This document shows positions 48,777 to 58,574 of a stretch of DNA of 64,000 nucleotides, piece by piece. The notes below the pieces were generated by a model. It did not search any database and was not told the origin of the DNA. It saw nothing but the letters and a program-made list of their open reading frames with translations. The position numbers were made by a program, and so were the translations under genes. Every line of letters starts with the position of its first letter. Within the stretch, counting starts at the first letter, position 1. The DNA comes from Oligoflexia bacterium (GTDB taxonomy: Bacteria; Bdellovibrionota; UBA1018), in contig CAVWVI010000001.1 in NCBI GenBank assembly GCA_963758495.1, positions 352,001 through 416,000 of the forward strand, read 5' to 3'.

Positions 48777-49850
48777 TCATTTAGAAGGTGTCAGTAAGTG
48801 CAAATCCTTCTGAATCCACCGGCTACTCACGCTCACATAACGATTATGAATAATTTTAAATAAATTTTGATCTAAGCTCAGTCGAGTAAAGTAATCCACG
48901 GGGTCTTCGCTCGCGACGGGATTGAGCGAATTACTCCCGTCTCCACTAAAATCCTGATTTTGAGTGCTCCCACCGATGGGATTGATGATTTGATCAGAAG
49001 TTTTTGACAATCCTCTTCGAGTACCGAACCCACCCCCTGTGGAATAGGAGCCCATTTCTGCGTCAGCCTGAACACCTCGGGAAGTAGGAGTGCTACTTGC
49101 GGAGGGTTGAGGAGAACCTCCTAAAGCCATCAGACCTCCCGCTGAGGCACCACTGGCTGAATTGTCACCTCCCCCACCACCATTCAAGCCATTCATGAGC
49201 GATCCTCCCCCTGCTGAAGGACTCGTTGGGTTAGAATTCACTATGCCACCTTGGGTCGCACTCTCAATCTCACTTGAAGGAGCTCCTCCGCTCCCTATTG
49301 GGGCAACACCCGCATTAGGAGCATTAAAGCCTGTCGCCTGTTGAATCGCTATGGCGGCAGCCGCCAAATTGCCTTGTATCACGGGTGCAACTGCAGAAGA
49401 AAGAGGTGCTGTCCCCGGACAATCTCCGGGATAGGGATTTGCCTCTTGACTTGGCTGACCTGGATCACAGCAATGACTTGCAAGTGTGACATTTGTGATT
49501 ACATTTCCATTGGGGTCACTGCAATTACCTGGAACGGACTTACAACCTGAATAATCATAACCTGTACCACAATTCTTCCATAAAACAGAATCTGTTGCAA
49601 ACTCGGTCGTACAAGCGCCCGCAAGCACCACATCCACTAAAGATAATCCAAAAGTGAAAATAGCAATAGCGCCAGCAGCAGGAGCACTAGCAATAGCTAC
49701 TTTGCATGCAATACAAACATCACATGAAAATTGATTATTTACAGAGGCATAAGAAGTCAGAGCATCCGCCGAAGCGGTATCTTGAATGGATAAGACAGAA
49801 AGCAAACCTATGAAAATAATCAATCGAATTTTTATTCTCATGGTTGGCAT
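48777..49850 (-). CDS. Secreted hypothetical protein: Cys-rich N-terminal part, Gly/Ser linker, C-terminal NLFKIIHNRY motif
   Basis: Signal peptide, about 10 Cys, low-complexity middle region. Confidence 0.7.
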   Translation of the reverse strand: MPTMRIKIRLIIFIGLLSVLSIQDTASADALTSYASVNNQFSCDVCIACKVAIASAPAAGAIAIFTFGLSLVDVVLAGACTTEFATDSVLWKNCGTGYDYSGCKSVPGNCSDPNGNVITNVTLASHCCDPGQPSQEANPYPGDCPGTAPLSSAVAPVIQGNLAAAAIAIQQATGFNAPNAGVAPIGSGGAPSSEIESATQGGIVNSNPTSPSAGGGSLMNGLNGGGGGDNSASGASAGGLMALGGSPQPSASSTPTSRGVQADAEMGSYSTGGGFGTRRGLSKTSDQIINPIGGSTQNQDFSGDGSNSLNPVASEDPVDYFTRLSLDQNLFKIIHNRYVSVSSRWIQKDLHLLTPSK

Positions 49851-51049
49851 TGTCCATTATCTGGAAAAAGAGCCTGAATCATATTCTTCATTTCCGTAGA
49901 GTAGCCACCTGAAACTGACGCTGAGGCGTTACCACTCCCTTGATAGCATTCCGTAAATTTATTTACTGAACAATCAGGATTCTGGTAACCTGTTATGCTA
50001 GAAACCTTACCCTTCATGCACTGTTTTTTACTCCAGGCATCGCACGGATTGATCACTTTTGCTTGAATTTGCGATTGAATGTAAGGCAACTTCTTAAGCC
50101 ATGCTTTTCTGACTCTTTGCTCAATCTCCCCATAGGCGGTATGCGCAAAGGCCGCTTCAATTTGTCGTTGAGCGGTGGCTAGATAACAAATCGCTTCTTG
50201 GTGCCGTGCACTCTGAGTATCACCACTTGCCAGCGTCTTGACACATTGATTCAGACTCCCTCCTCCGACCGTGCCTTCGGGAGAACTACAAAGATCTGCC
50301 AATTCCTTGCTATTCAGAGCAGCGACCATAGATTGCTGGGTACCGGAAACCTGTTCAGCAGCCGCTTGAAAGGCCGTAATATTGATCTTCTTGTTCTGGT
50401 CCATCTCATTCAACACTTGAGCCGTGTAACATTTCCAGGCCTGTGCATAAGCCCCCCCTCGATAGGCGCTTTCACGGGTACCGTTTCCGTTCGTAGTATC
50501 CACTCCTCCCATAAAAATACGAGTATATTTTCCACAATCCGACTGAGGCGTAGAGGAAGTACAATTCTGATTGCTTACCGTAGAGGAGGGAATGGAGGAT
50601 GGAACTGAGGAAGGGATCGCGAGTGGATGAGGATTGGGTTGAGTGACCTCTCCTTCAACAAGATTACATAATGGCAATTGAATCTGAGGACCCTGGGGGC
50701 TGCAAGGATCGGTAGTCTTGAACAGATCCGCATCATAACCTTGGTAAAGGTAATGAATTTTATTAGTCAACAGCGATTGAATCATGCCTGTCACTTCCGT
50801 AGTGACTTGATCGCAGGCAAACATCCCGAGGTGACAACTGGTCTGTGACATATTGTCCTGACAGGGAACTGGAAGAAATGCTGAGGCTGAGGCTGAAGTT
50901 GAAGTTGAAGTTGAAGTTGAGTCCGCAATAGCTGGGGGATTCTGGATTGAGGTTGCTAATAAAGCTAACATTATGAGGAAGACTGTGTCACCATAAACAC
51001 AGGACCACCCATTTTTATGCCACATACCTTCATTTTCAATTATAAACAA
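49838..51049 (-). CDS. Secreted Cys-rich hypothetical protein
   Basis: Hydrophobic N-terminus, ST/SA repeats, many Cys; overlaps the next gene; start uncertain. Confidence 0.7.
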   Translation of the reverse strand: MFIIENEGMWHKNGWSCVYGDTVFLIMLALLATSIQNPPAIADSTSTSTSTSASASAFLPVPCQDNMSQTSCHLGMFACDQVTTEVTGMIQSLLTNKIHYLYQGYDADLFKTTDPCSPQGPQIQLPLCNLVEGEVTQPNPHPLAIPSSVPSSIPSSTVSNQNCTSSTPQSDCGKYTRIFMGGVDTTNGNGTRESAYRGGAYAQAWKCYTAQVLNEMDQNKKINITAFQAAAEQVSGTQQSMVAALNSKELADLCSSPEGTVGGGSLNQCVKTLASGDTQSARHQEAICYLATAQRQIEAAFAHTAYGEIEQRVRKAWLKKLPYIQSQIQAKVINPCDAWSKKQCMKGKVSSITGYQNPDCSVNKFTECYQGSGNASASVSGGYSTEMKNMIQALFPDNGQCQP

Positions 51050-51066
51050 ATAAAGTGCAATAACAA

Positions 51067-51675
51067 TTAATGATCTGACGTAGGTTCTATTGTAGTATTT
51101 GGCGCAATCTCAGGTTGACTCAGGGTCTTTTTTCCTGAAAATTCTATTTCTTTTGGAATTCCACTTCCATCAAGCACTATCGCTTGCACTGGTTCTTTGG
51201 GTTGCGGCAATTGCTTACCGCCAACAGGAGGCTTTCCACCTTTTAAATCAGCTTTTATGCTGACAGCAGAAGACCCCTTGGCAGAAAAAAAATTAAGTTC
51301 TTTTAGTTTTTTCTGATATTCCTTGTCATCCGATAGTTTTTCCAAACTGGCTTGAAGCTTGCTCATTTCGGCTTCTCTCATTTTCTTTTCTGCCTGATCT
51401 GCTAGGACCTTCTTTTGTTTCGTGTCTTCGATACATGCATCCTGAAGTCCTTTTTGAGCGGGAGCAAGCACTCTTGCTTGAATCTCTTCCTGCTGAGCTT
51501 TTGTGGGCTTATCCAACTTTTGCAATTCTCGATAATAAGTATTGAGCGCCTGGGTTTCAAGCTCCAGTTTTTCCATCACTGCAGCATCGTCTGAAAAGCT
51601 CGACCTCCCAGTCAAAAACAGGGAGAGTAAAAAAATGAACAGCTTAGTTTTATTTAAGGAACTCAATTGTTTCAT
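51067..51675 (-). CDS. Secreted coiled-coil hypothetical protein
   Basis: Signal peptide; K/E/Q-rich helix; C-terminal LDGSGIPKEIEF. Confidence 0.7.
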   Translation of the reverse strand: MKQLSSLNKTKLFIFLLSLFLTGRSSFSDDAAVMEKLELETQALNTYYRELQKLDKPTKAQQEEIQARVLAPAQKGLQDACIEDTKQKKVLADQAEKKMREAEMSKLQASLEKLSDDKEYQKKLKELNFFSAKGSSAVSIKADLKGGKPPVGGKQLPQPKEPVQAIVLDGSGIPKEIEFSGKKTLSQPEIAPNTTIEPTSDH

Positions 51676-51734
51676 AAATAAATAATATTGATCTAATACG
51701 TAATGTACTCAGAATTACTTTATTATTTCCAGAA

Positions 51735-51953
51735 TTATTTTGCAGGTAAGGGGCGCCTCTTTCTGACTTTCCATGCATGGTCGCTTTTCATGGGTTTCGC
51801 TTTACCGTTCGCAGGGGAAATAGTTGTAGCGTTCCCACCCGGACTCATAGCGGGTGCAGAGGCTCCACCCGTCTGACTTGAATCAGCCTGACAAATCTGA
51901 CTACTCAACCCGACAAACGCAACTAAAGCCATTACATTCACTATTTTCTTCAT
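51735..51953 (-). CDS. Small secreted hypothetical protein
   Basis: MKKIV... signal peptide ending CQA, AGAGG RBS, basic tail. Confidence 0.65.
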   Translation of the reverse strand: MKKIVNVMALVAFVGLSSQICQADSSQTGGASAPAMSPGGNATTISPANGKAKPMKSDHAWKVRKRRPLPAK

Positions 51954-52088
51954 ATGCCCTCTATTCTCATATCTCTAACATCATACTGTTATTATATATA
52001 TTTATCATATATTAACTATATAAATATACTAAACAATTATTCGGCACAGGTAAAGGAAAACTTTAGACATTCCCCTTGAATCGTTTTC

Positions 52089-52466
52089 CTAAAACCACCA
52101 AAGCCTTGCAGCAATAAAGACCAAAAAGGCGGCAAAGCTTTTGCGCAATACTGTGTCCGGAAGGCCTACCGCAATTTTAGCTCCGACGTAGGTACCAAAA
52201 AAAAGTCCAACAGCGATAAGGAGACCCGTTTTGATATCATTTCCAGTCAGCCTTCCTGATCTATAATATTCGAGCACTCCCAAAAGACCCACCGGAAGAA
52301 GGAGTGCGACTAGCGAAGTCCCCGTCGCCGCCACTTGAGCATAGTCCAGAAGCAGTACTAGAATAGGAACGAGAATCACCCCACCACCCACTCCAAAAAT
52401 GCCTGAAAAAACTCCAGTAATAAGCCCGATTGCTAGCATCAACAAGGGCCGTACAATCACCGTCAT
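52089..52466 (-). CDS. TSUP (TauE/SafE) family permease, half-size
   Basis: SGIFGVGGGVILVP, ATGTSL. Confidence 0.88.
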   Translation of the reverse strand: MTVIVRPLLMLAIGLITGVFSGIFGVGGGVILVPILVLLLDYAQVAATGTSLVALLLPVGLLGVLEYYRSGRLTGNDIKTGLLIAVGLFFGTYVGAKIAVGLPDTVLRKSFAAFLVFIAARLWWF

Positions 52467-52481
52467 AGCACCTCTCCTCGC

Positions 52482-53702
52482 TCAAGCTCGTGAAGGAATA
52501 TCATCCATATGCCTCAGCGCTTCTTCATTCCATTTTTTCTCAAACAGTTCTTGGGACATTTCTAAAACCGAACGAAAATGAGGAACCTTAGGTAGATGAT
52601 CTAAAGGCAAATGAGGATGGACCTCTAATATGCCTCGCAGAGCACGCCCATAACCCACCGTCTTAGGGAGACGCTCCCAACCGTGCCTGAGTGCGGCAAC
52701 GACTTCGAAAGTCCTTTCGGGCGGTGTACTTTCCAGCATACCTTCCGCCCCACTCTCCAGCCCACTCTCCGAATGAATAGAATTGACTAGGCTGCCAGCA
52801 ACTCTCCTACCCCAATCATCAAAAAAAGGACCGGTAGGAATAAGAAGTGTTGGGCTTTGTCGCAAACATCTTGGCTTACGAAGTGCAAAGTGCCGATGAT
52901 TTTCGAGAGCCATCGAGCTACCCTCAATAGGAGATTTATAGAGTTCGCCAGCGACCCAAAGACGCCCTAAATAGCGAAGTTTACGATTCGTATCCAAGGG
53001 TGAACTTGCAAGTTTATAAAACTCAAGCCGGAGAGGATCACCCACAGAGAGGTCCCACATATCCATGACTCGATCGAGATCTCCAAAGTTATGAGCGATA
53101 TGAGCAGCTGCCTTCAGACAAAGCAAACCCTCTTGAGCCCTCCAGAGCGATCCAAATATCTCGGAGTGCCGACGAACTTCATCCGCAATCTGATCAAAGA
53201 GGTGTTGGCGTTTCTCCTGAGCTAAAGGATCCGTATAGCGATTGAGAGCACAATACGCTGCAGCCGAAACCGTAAACCACTCCCCTAAGTGTCCAGTGAG
53301 AGCTTCCTTGAGCCAGGGACTTTCAGCAGCCCCATAAGTGTACCTGGTACCCACCTGTGTAAAATCCCAGTGACGACTCTCAAGGACGAACTGGGCCATC
53401 TGAAGAGCCACCTCAAGCGGAAGCTGCTCTGGCCAGAGCTTATAACGAATCTGGTTATCCACATCGGTGGGCACAGGAGTTGCGCAAGTCAAATAGTGTG
53501 ATGAAACACAAAGCCTAAAGTACTCAAAATGACTCAAAGGCTTTGCTTTGGCAACCTCGCCTTCATACTCCCTGAGAACTCCTGCGGGAATAAAGCGACC
53601 CAAGGAGGTCTCACCTACCTCTGGATCAAAGAGATAAGGCATCGTGTTTTTTACCTGCGAAAGGAGAAGTTCGGGTGCGATTCCGCGCGGAAGATAAGTC
53701 AT
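52482..53702 (-). CDS. Conserved-looking hypothetical protein
   Basis: Long ORF with motifs PTDVDNQIR, GH.GEW, AHNFGDLDR, ENHRH; start likely ATG 53702. Confidence 0.75.
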   Translation of the reverse strand: MTYLPRGIAPELLLSQVKNTMPYLFDPEVGETSLGRFIPAGVLREYEGEVAKAKPLSHFEYFRLCVSSHYLTCATPVPTDVDNQIRYKLWPEQLPLEVALQMAQFVLESRHWDFTQVGTRYTYGAAESPWLKEALTGHLGEWFTVSAAAYCALNRYTDPLAQEKRQHLFDQIADEVRRHSEIFGSLWRAQEGLLCLKAAAHIAHNFGDLDRVMDMWDLSVGDPLRLEFYKLASSPLDTNRKLRYLGRLWVAGELYKSPIEGSSMALENHRHFALRKPRCLRQSPTLLIPTGPFFDDWGRRVAGSLVNSIHSESGLESGAEGMLESTPPERTFEVVAALRHGWERLPKTVGYGRALRGILEVHPHLPLDHLPKVPHFRSVLEMSQELFEKKWNEEALRHMDDIPSRA

Positions 53703-53782
53703 GACAAATCCCTTATAACATGGGACTACATAAATAGGAATCAATGAAGGCGGCCCTAATTTACGAGAGAAAAGAGTGCCGA

Positions 53783-54226
53783 GTGAAATTTTTATTTTTT
53801 CTGTTTGTAGGAGCTGTTACGGTTCCATGGGCATATGGGGTAAGTCCTATTCTGCATTATGAGCCCGCAGTTGTGGAACTTACTGGGACTATCGAACAAC
53901 AGACCTTTCCAGGTCCTCCCAATTACGAAAGCATCGCAAATGGTGATGAAATTGAGAAAGGCTGGTACTTACGACTTTCAGTACCAGTTGATGTCGAAAA
54001 AAAGAAAAACGATAATTCTTCTACAAACTCTGAAACCGAAAGAAACGTTAAAATCATGCAATTAACGTGGGATGATGAAAATCATAACCTTGATAAAGCA
54101 ATTAAGAACTCTACAATGAGAAAGTCCAAAGTCCGCTTGAAAGGGGATCTTTTTCATAGGTTGACGGGCCATCACCACTCAAGGGTACTGATGTCGGTAG
54201 ATCATCTGAATGAAATTAGACAATGA
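53783..54226 (+). CDS. Secreted DUF4431-like protein
   Basis: Signal peptide, YEP..V.L.G......FPGPPNYES, LFH..TGHHH..VL; start is GTG 53783 or ATG 53744. Confidence 0.7.
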   Translation: MKFLFFLFVGAVTVPWAYGVSPILHYEPAVVELTGTIEQQTFPGPPNYESIANGDEIEKGWYLRLSVPVDVEKKKNDNSSTNSETERNVKIMQLTWDDENHNLDKAIKNSTMRKSKVRLKGDLFHRLTGHHHSRVLMSVDHLNEIRQ

Positions 54227-54864
54227 GTGAACCCAAATTTATCAAGGCGACTGAGGGTCCTAAGCATTCAGTAATTTACGAGACTGAAGACGGTCGAAAG
54301 TTTTCTTACTCAAAAGGTAATTGGACGTGGAGAAACAATAATCCTGGTAATTTAGTTCCTGGGGATGTGAGTAAAAGAAACGGTGCAATTGGAAAAGCGG
54401 GAGGATTTGCTGTTTTTCCAGATTACGAAACTGGGCATGGAGCATTAATCGACCTTTTGAAAAACACCCCGTACAGGGATCGTGATCTTAAAAAATTAAT
54501 CGAAAAATACGCCCCTCCAAAAGAAAATAAAACTGACAGATATCTTCGTTTTCTTCGCAACGAAACAGGCGTTAAGAACGACAAGAAAGTAAAAAATTTC
54601 ACCATAGATGAATTTGAAAAGCTCTGGAAAGCCATCGAGCAGATGGAAGGGCAAGAAGAGGGTGAAATCAAGGAATGCACAGAAAAGAAAAAAGAAGAGA
54701 AACCAGAAAAAAAGAAAATCATAGGGGTAAGGAAAAACAAAAAAGAAACGATCATCGCGTATCTAATTGAAGTCATAGGCTGGGTTTTAAAGGCAATAGG
54801 GATAGAACTCACTCGCCAAGGGAAAGTAGATGCTGTGATTGCTCATTCTCGTAGTGGGACCTGA
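54223..54864 (+). CDS. RNNNPGNL-family lysozyme-like protein with a probably truncated C-terminal domain
   Basis: WRNNNPGNL, FAVFPDYETG, KYAPPKEN.T..Y; ATGA-coupled to the upstream gene; ends at the junction with the HNH remnant. Confidence 0.65.
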   Translation: MSEPKFIKATEGPKHSVIYETEDGRKFSYSKGNWTWRNNNPGNLVPGDVSKRNGAIGKAGGFAVFPDYETGHGALIDLLKNTPYRDRDLKKLIEKYAPPKENKTDRYLRFLRNETGVKNDKKVKNFTIDEFEKLWKAIEQMEGQEEGEIKECTEKKKEEKPEKKKIIGVRKNKKETIIAYLIEVIGWVLKAIGIELTRQGKVDAVIAHSRSGT

Positions 54865-55541
54865 TCGGTAAGTCAGCCCGAGATGCCGAGACTGAACTCT
54901 GTCAGAGATCTTCTGTGCCCATTAACCTTCAAGTGCCAGATCGGATTAAACCCAAAGGACAAGAACATGTGGAGATTCGATTCCTGGCCCCTCAAGGTCT
55001 GGCAAGTCTGCTCGCTGAAGCAAAAGGATTACTTTCTCACAGATTGTCTGGAGCATCACTTGCGGAGGTGATTCAATATTTGGCCGAAGCAGGCGTGGAA
55101 AAACTCAAGAAAGAACGCTTTGGCGTTGGCTCCCAAGTAGAAAAAAGTGAAGCAAGCTCCGATACCGACACAGACGTCAAGAAGGACTCAGGAGTGGAGG
55201 ATTTAGATCAAACAAAGCGCGACATCATTGATGACGACATCGGCGTCGATGCTGTCAAATCGGAATTAGTGCTCCCTAGAAGAAGCCGATATATCCCAAA
55301 AAATATTCGAAGCTCAGTCTATCGCCGAGCCCAAGGCAAATGCGAATACACTGACCTAAATACAGGAAAGCGCTGTAATTCTACAAAATTTCTCGAACTG
55401 GATCATTTGACCGCGTTTGCCCGTGGAGGGACTCATAGTGTAGAAGGAATTTCGCTCAGATGTCGAGCCCACAACCTACTTCATGCAGAGGCGGACTTCA
55501 CCACTCAGTGGATGGACCAGTTCAGAAAAAAGCAAAGTTAG
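54861..55541 (+). pseudogene. 5'-truncated HNH endonuclease
   Basis: SRYIP..IR..V..R..G.CEY......RC......ELDH......GG........RC.AHN. The frame is open upstream of the called GTG (LIGKSARDAETEL) only as far as a stop at 54852, with no RBS. Confidence 0.8.
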
Positions 55542-55622
55542 CCCAATGGCTCTTTTGGATCAATTCCACTTGAGTGGGTTTCCTTTCATTGACAAAAACA
55601 TTCTTATCCTTCTCTGATTCTC

Positions 55623-55787
55623 GCCCCTTGGTCTTGACGGTGGTGCGGCTTTAGCCGACGAGGCCAGGATGGCCGAGAGCCGTCAAGGAACAACTGGATG
55701 GCGTTAGCTCGTGCGCGATAGCTCTGTTTAACGTTTTACTAAAGAACTCCCACGTCAATGCAACTACGGGGCAAACGCGGGAGTTCT
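55623..55787. ncRNA. Structured ncRNA candidate (6S-like rod or switch-like fold)
   Basis: GC-rich island between convergent genes. 55623..55643 pairs with 55750..55772, CTTTAG pairs with CTAAAG, apical stem GCCGTC/GATGGC; an alternative three-way junction is possible. Confidence 0.5.
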
Positions 55788-55804
55788 CCGAAACTCTATC
55801 TACT

Positions 55805-57205
55805 TCAATATCTATAACTATCTGCCTTATACGGACCTTCAATAGGCACACCAATATACTTGGCCTGATCTTCTCTCAGGACGGTGAGCTGAGCATTCAG
55901 CTTCTTCAACTGAAGACGGGCCACCTTTTCATCCAAGTGCTTAGGTAAAGTGTAAACTCCCAAAGGATATTTTTCTGTGTGAGAAAAAAGCTCGATCTGC
56001 GCAATCGTTTGGTTAGCAAACGATGAGGACATGACATAACTTGGGTGACCGGTACCACACCCGAGGTTAACTAGACGGCCCTTTGCTAGCAGAATAATTC
56101 TCTTTCCATTTGGGAAAATCACATGATCCACTTGTGGCTTGATTTCTTCCCACTTGTACTTCTCAAGCGAAGCAACATCGATCTCATTGTCGAAGTGACC
56201 AATATTACAAACGATGGCCTGATCTTTCATACGACTCATGTGATCATGTGTAATCACTTTAAAATTGCCAGTAGTGGTAACGAAAATATCTGCCTTATCT
56301 GTAGCATAATCCATCGTAACTACACGATAGCCTTCCATCGCTGCTTGCAATGCGCAAATCGGGTCAATTTCAGTGATCCAAACCTGAGCTGAAAGTGCGC
56401 GTAATGCCTGGGCAGAACCCTTGCCTACATCTCCGTAACCACAAACAACAGCCACTTTTCCAGCAATCATCACGTCAGTAGCACGCTTGATCCCATCCAC
56501 CAAAGATTCACGACAGCCGTAAAGATTGTCGAATTTCGATTTTGTGACTGAATCATTGACGTTGATAGCTGGAAACTTAAGATCGCCACGCGCATGCATC
56601 TGAATCAGACGATGCACGCCAGTCGTGGTCTCTTCTGTTACACCTTTAATCTGAGAAAGACGCTTAGAATACCAAGTAGGATGAACCTTGAGCTTTTCTT
56701 TAATTGCCGCAAATAAAACAGTCTCTTCTTCAGATGTAGGTTTTGCGAGAACAGATAAATCCTTTTCCGCCTTCGTACCTAAGTGGAGCAAAAGGGTGGC
56801 GTCACCGCCGTCGTCGAGAATCATATTTGAATAGCCACCATCTGGCCAATCGAAGATACGGTGAGTATAATCCCAATACTCAGTTAGACTCTCACCTTTA
56901 ACCGCAAACACGGGAACCCCAACAGCCGCAATCGCAGCAGCAGCATGATCTTGAGTTGAGAAGATATTGCAGGAAGCCCAACGAACCTCTGCACCCAGGG
57001 CTTGAAGAGTTTCAATCAGAACTGCAGTCTGAATAGTCATATGAAGCGAACCGGTAATACGCGCCCCCTGGAGAGGCTTTTTCGCGGAGAACTCTTCCCG
57101 AATAGCCATCAAGCCCGGCATTTCCGTTTCCGCAATTTTAATCTCTTTACGTCCCCAATCAGCCAGCTTAATATCTGCAATAACATAGTCTTTTGAAGTT
57201 ACCAT
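55805..57205 (-). CDS. ahcY: Adenosylhomocysteinase
   Basis: [52 protein letters not shown]. Confidence 0.98.
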   Translation of the reverse strand: MVTSKDYVIADIKLADWGRKEIKIAETEMPGLMAIREEFSAKKPLQGARITGSLHMTIQTAVLIETLQALGAEVRWASCNIFSTQDHAAAAIAAVGVPVFAVKGESLTEYWDYTHRIFDWPDGGYSNMILDDGGDATLLLHLGTKAEKDLSVLAKPTSEEETVLFAAIKEKLKVHPTWYSKRLSQIKGVTEETTTGVHRLIQMHARGDLKFPAINVNDSVTKSKFDNLYGCRESLVDGIKRATDVMIAGKVAVVCGYGDVGKGSAQALRALSAQVWITEIDPICALQAAMEGYRVVTMDYATDKADIFVTTTGNFKVITHDHMSRMKDQAIVCNIGHFDNEIDVASLEKYKWEEIKPQVDHVIFPNGKRIILLAKGRLVNLGCGTGHPSYVMSSSFANQTIAQIELFSHTEKYPLGVYTLPKHLDEKVARLQLKKLNAQLTVLREDQAKYIGVPIEGPYKADSYRY

Positions 57206-57290
57206 GACAGCTTACTCCTTACATAAATGACCAGTCGGAATGGGTAAAAGGAGAACTCTCACCGCCTTCTCGTGTCTGGCACGATTCATA

Positions 57291-57357
57291 GGTGAGCGTC
57301 GTTAGTCAACTGAATACAAGCCTAGGGCACCTAAAATGCCTCGCAACGCTCCTTGGA
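57291..57357 (-). promoter_or_regulatory. SAH riboswitch
   Basis: Minus strand CCAAGGAGCGTTGC-GAGGCA...TGCCCTAGGCTTG...AACGACGCTCA matches the SAH motif (GAGCG..GC / AGGCU / AACG.CGCUC pseudoknot); upstream of ahcY. Confidence 0.88.
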
Positions 57358-57401
57358 TTCAATCCTTTTATATCCGAAAATGGACGTTTGGACAGCAACT
57401 T

Positions 57402-58550
57402 TTAAAAAAGCACTAACCATCTCCACACAATTTCATTATATCTGCTTAATCCAAGCTGTGACGCCGAGGTCGCTGTAAGAGGCAAGGTTTCATAAAAAAC
57501 TCCTGTCAAGATTTCCTTCGCTCGAACAGTATAAAATACCCCCCCTGTAAAAAGCCAGTTACCGAGCGCACTCGCTTGATAAGTAGTCCTGAGAAAATAA
57601 TTCTGAAAGTCTGAGTTACCACTGAAAAATCGGAAATAGAGACCTATTTTTTCAGGCACAAGCTTAAAACGAGTAGTGATCCCATAACCTAGGGCCGAAA
57701 TAGGCCCCTGGGTAAAATAGAGCGTGCCATTCAGTCCATCGAGCCTGGTAGGCAAAGGATGCGTGAACCAAAGGGTTTCTACGAGTGCATCAAGAGAGTG
57801 GCTAGTCCAATTTGCAGAAAAGCTGACAAGATTTTCACTCACACCCCCTGAAGACCTGGAAAAAAGCGTGTCTGATGCGGTAAGCGACAACAAAGAAGAA
57901 AGCCGAAAACTCAAGAATCCAGCATAGCTCATTCCGTTATTTAAAACCCCGCTTCTCAACCATCCCTCATCATTGGCGATAAATAGATTATAGGTAAGAG
58001 CATCCGAAATCTTACCTTGGGTTGACACCCCAGCATTAAAGTAACCTAACATGGAGGTCTGTATCACCAAGCTGGGTGCAATCCAGGTAGTATTCATAGG
58101 AGCTTCAACAAGAAGATAATAAGGATTCTGCTGCAGACCAAAGATACTGATCGACTGAGCACCTAGGAGGTCATTTGCTTTGAGATAAGCCAGCTTGATG
58201 TAATTTCCAATGACATTAAAGCGCCCATGACTATCGGTCAAATTTGTCCAAGTACGATCCGCACCCGTAAGTACTGAAGAAGTCCAAGTCTTGTCAAATT
58301 TATAGGCAAGGGCGAGATGAACTAAGGTGAAATCAAATCCGTGTGCAATTCGATAGTAAGGTAAAGCCAAAACAGCAATACTCAATTCGCCTTCTTGACC
58401 TTTCTCTTCGGCGCGATAAACGCTCAGACCTACAGCCTTGGCGTGACTCGACACAAAGAACGCAATGCATGCTGATAGAATGAAGAAGAATCCCCTGGAT
58501 GACGCCATAAGTTCCGGCGTTCGATACGCAAATCTTGTACCGAGAAACAC
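57402..58550 (-). CDS. Putative outer-membrane beta-barrel/porin-like protein
   Basis: Signal peptide ending AKA, amphipathic beta pattern, terminal Phe; start uncertain. Confidence 0.6.
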   Translation of the reverse strand: MFLGTRFAYRTPELMASSRGFFFILSACIAFFVSSHAKAVGLSVYRAEEKGQEGELSIAVLALPYYRIAHGFDFTLVHLALAYKFDKTWTSSVLTGADRTWTNLTDSHGRFNVIGNYIKLAYLKANDLLGAQSISIFGLQQNPYYLLVEAPMNTTWIAPSLVIQTSMLGYFNAGVSTQGKISDALTYNLFIANDEGWLRSGVLNNGMSYAGFLSFRLSSLLSLTASDTLFSRSSGGVSENLVSFSANWTSHSLDALVETLWFTHPLPTRLDGLNGTLYFTQGPISALGYGITTRFKLVPEKIGLYFRFFSGNSDFQNYFLRTTYQASALGNWLFTGGVFYTVRAKEILTGVFYETLPLTATSASQLGLSRYNEIVWRWLVLF

Positions 58551-58574
58551 CTCAAAGGATAGATGATTAAAATT

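Noticed and set aside
55655..55680. CCGACGA-stem-GAGA resembling a hammerhead ribozyme core
   Set aside because: Deviates at conserved core positions (CUGANGA/GAAA), and stems I and III cannot form in the right register.
55768..55795. GGGCAAAC resembling the start of a c-di-GMP-I riboswitch
   Set aside because: No GAAA-capped P2 or P3, and no downstream gene on that strand.
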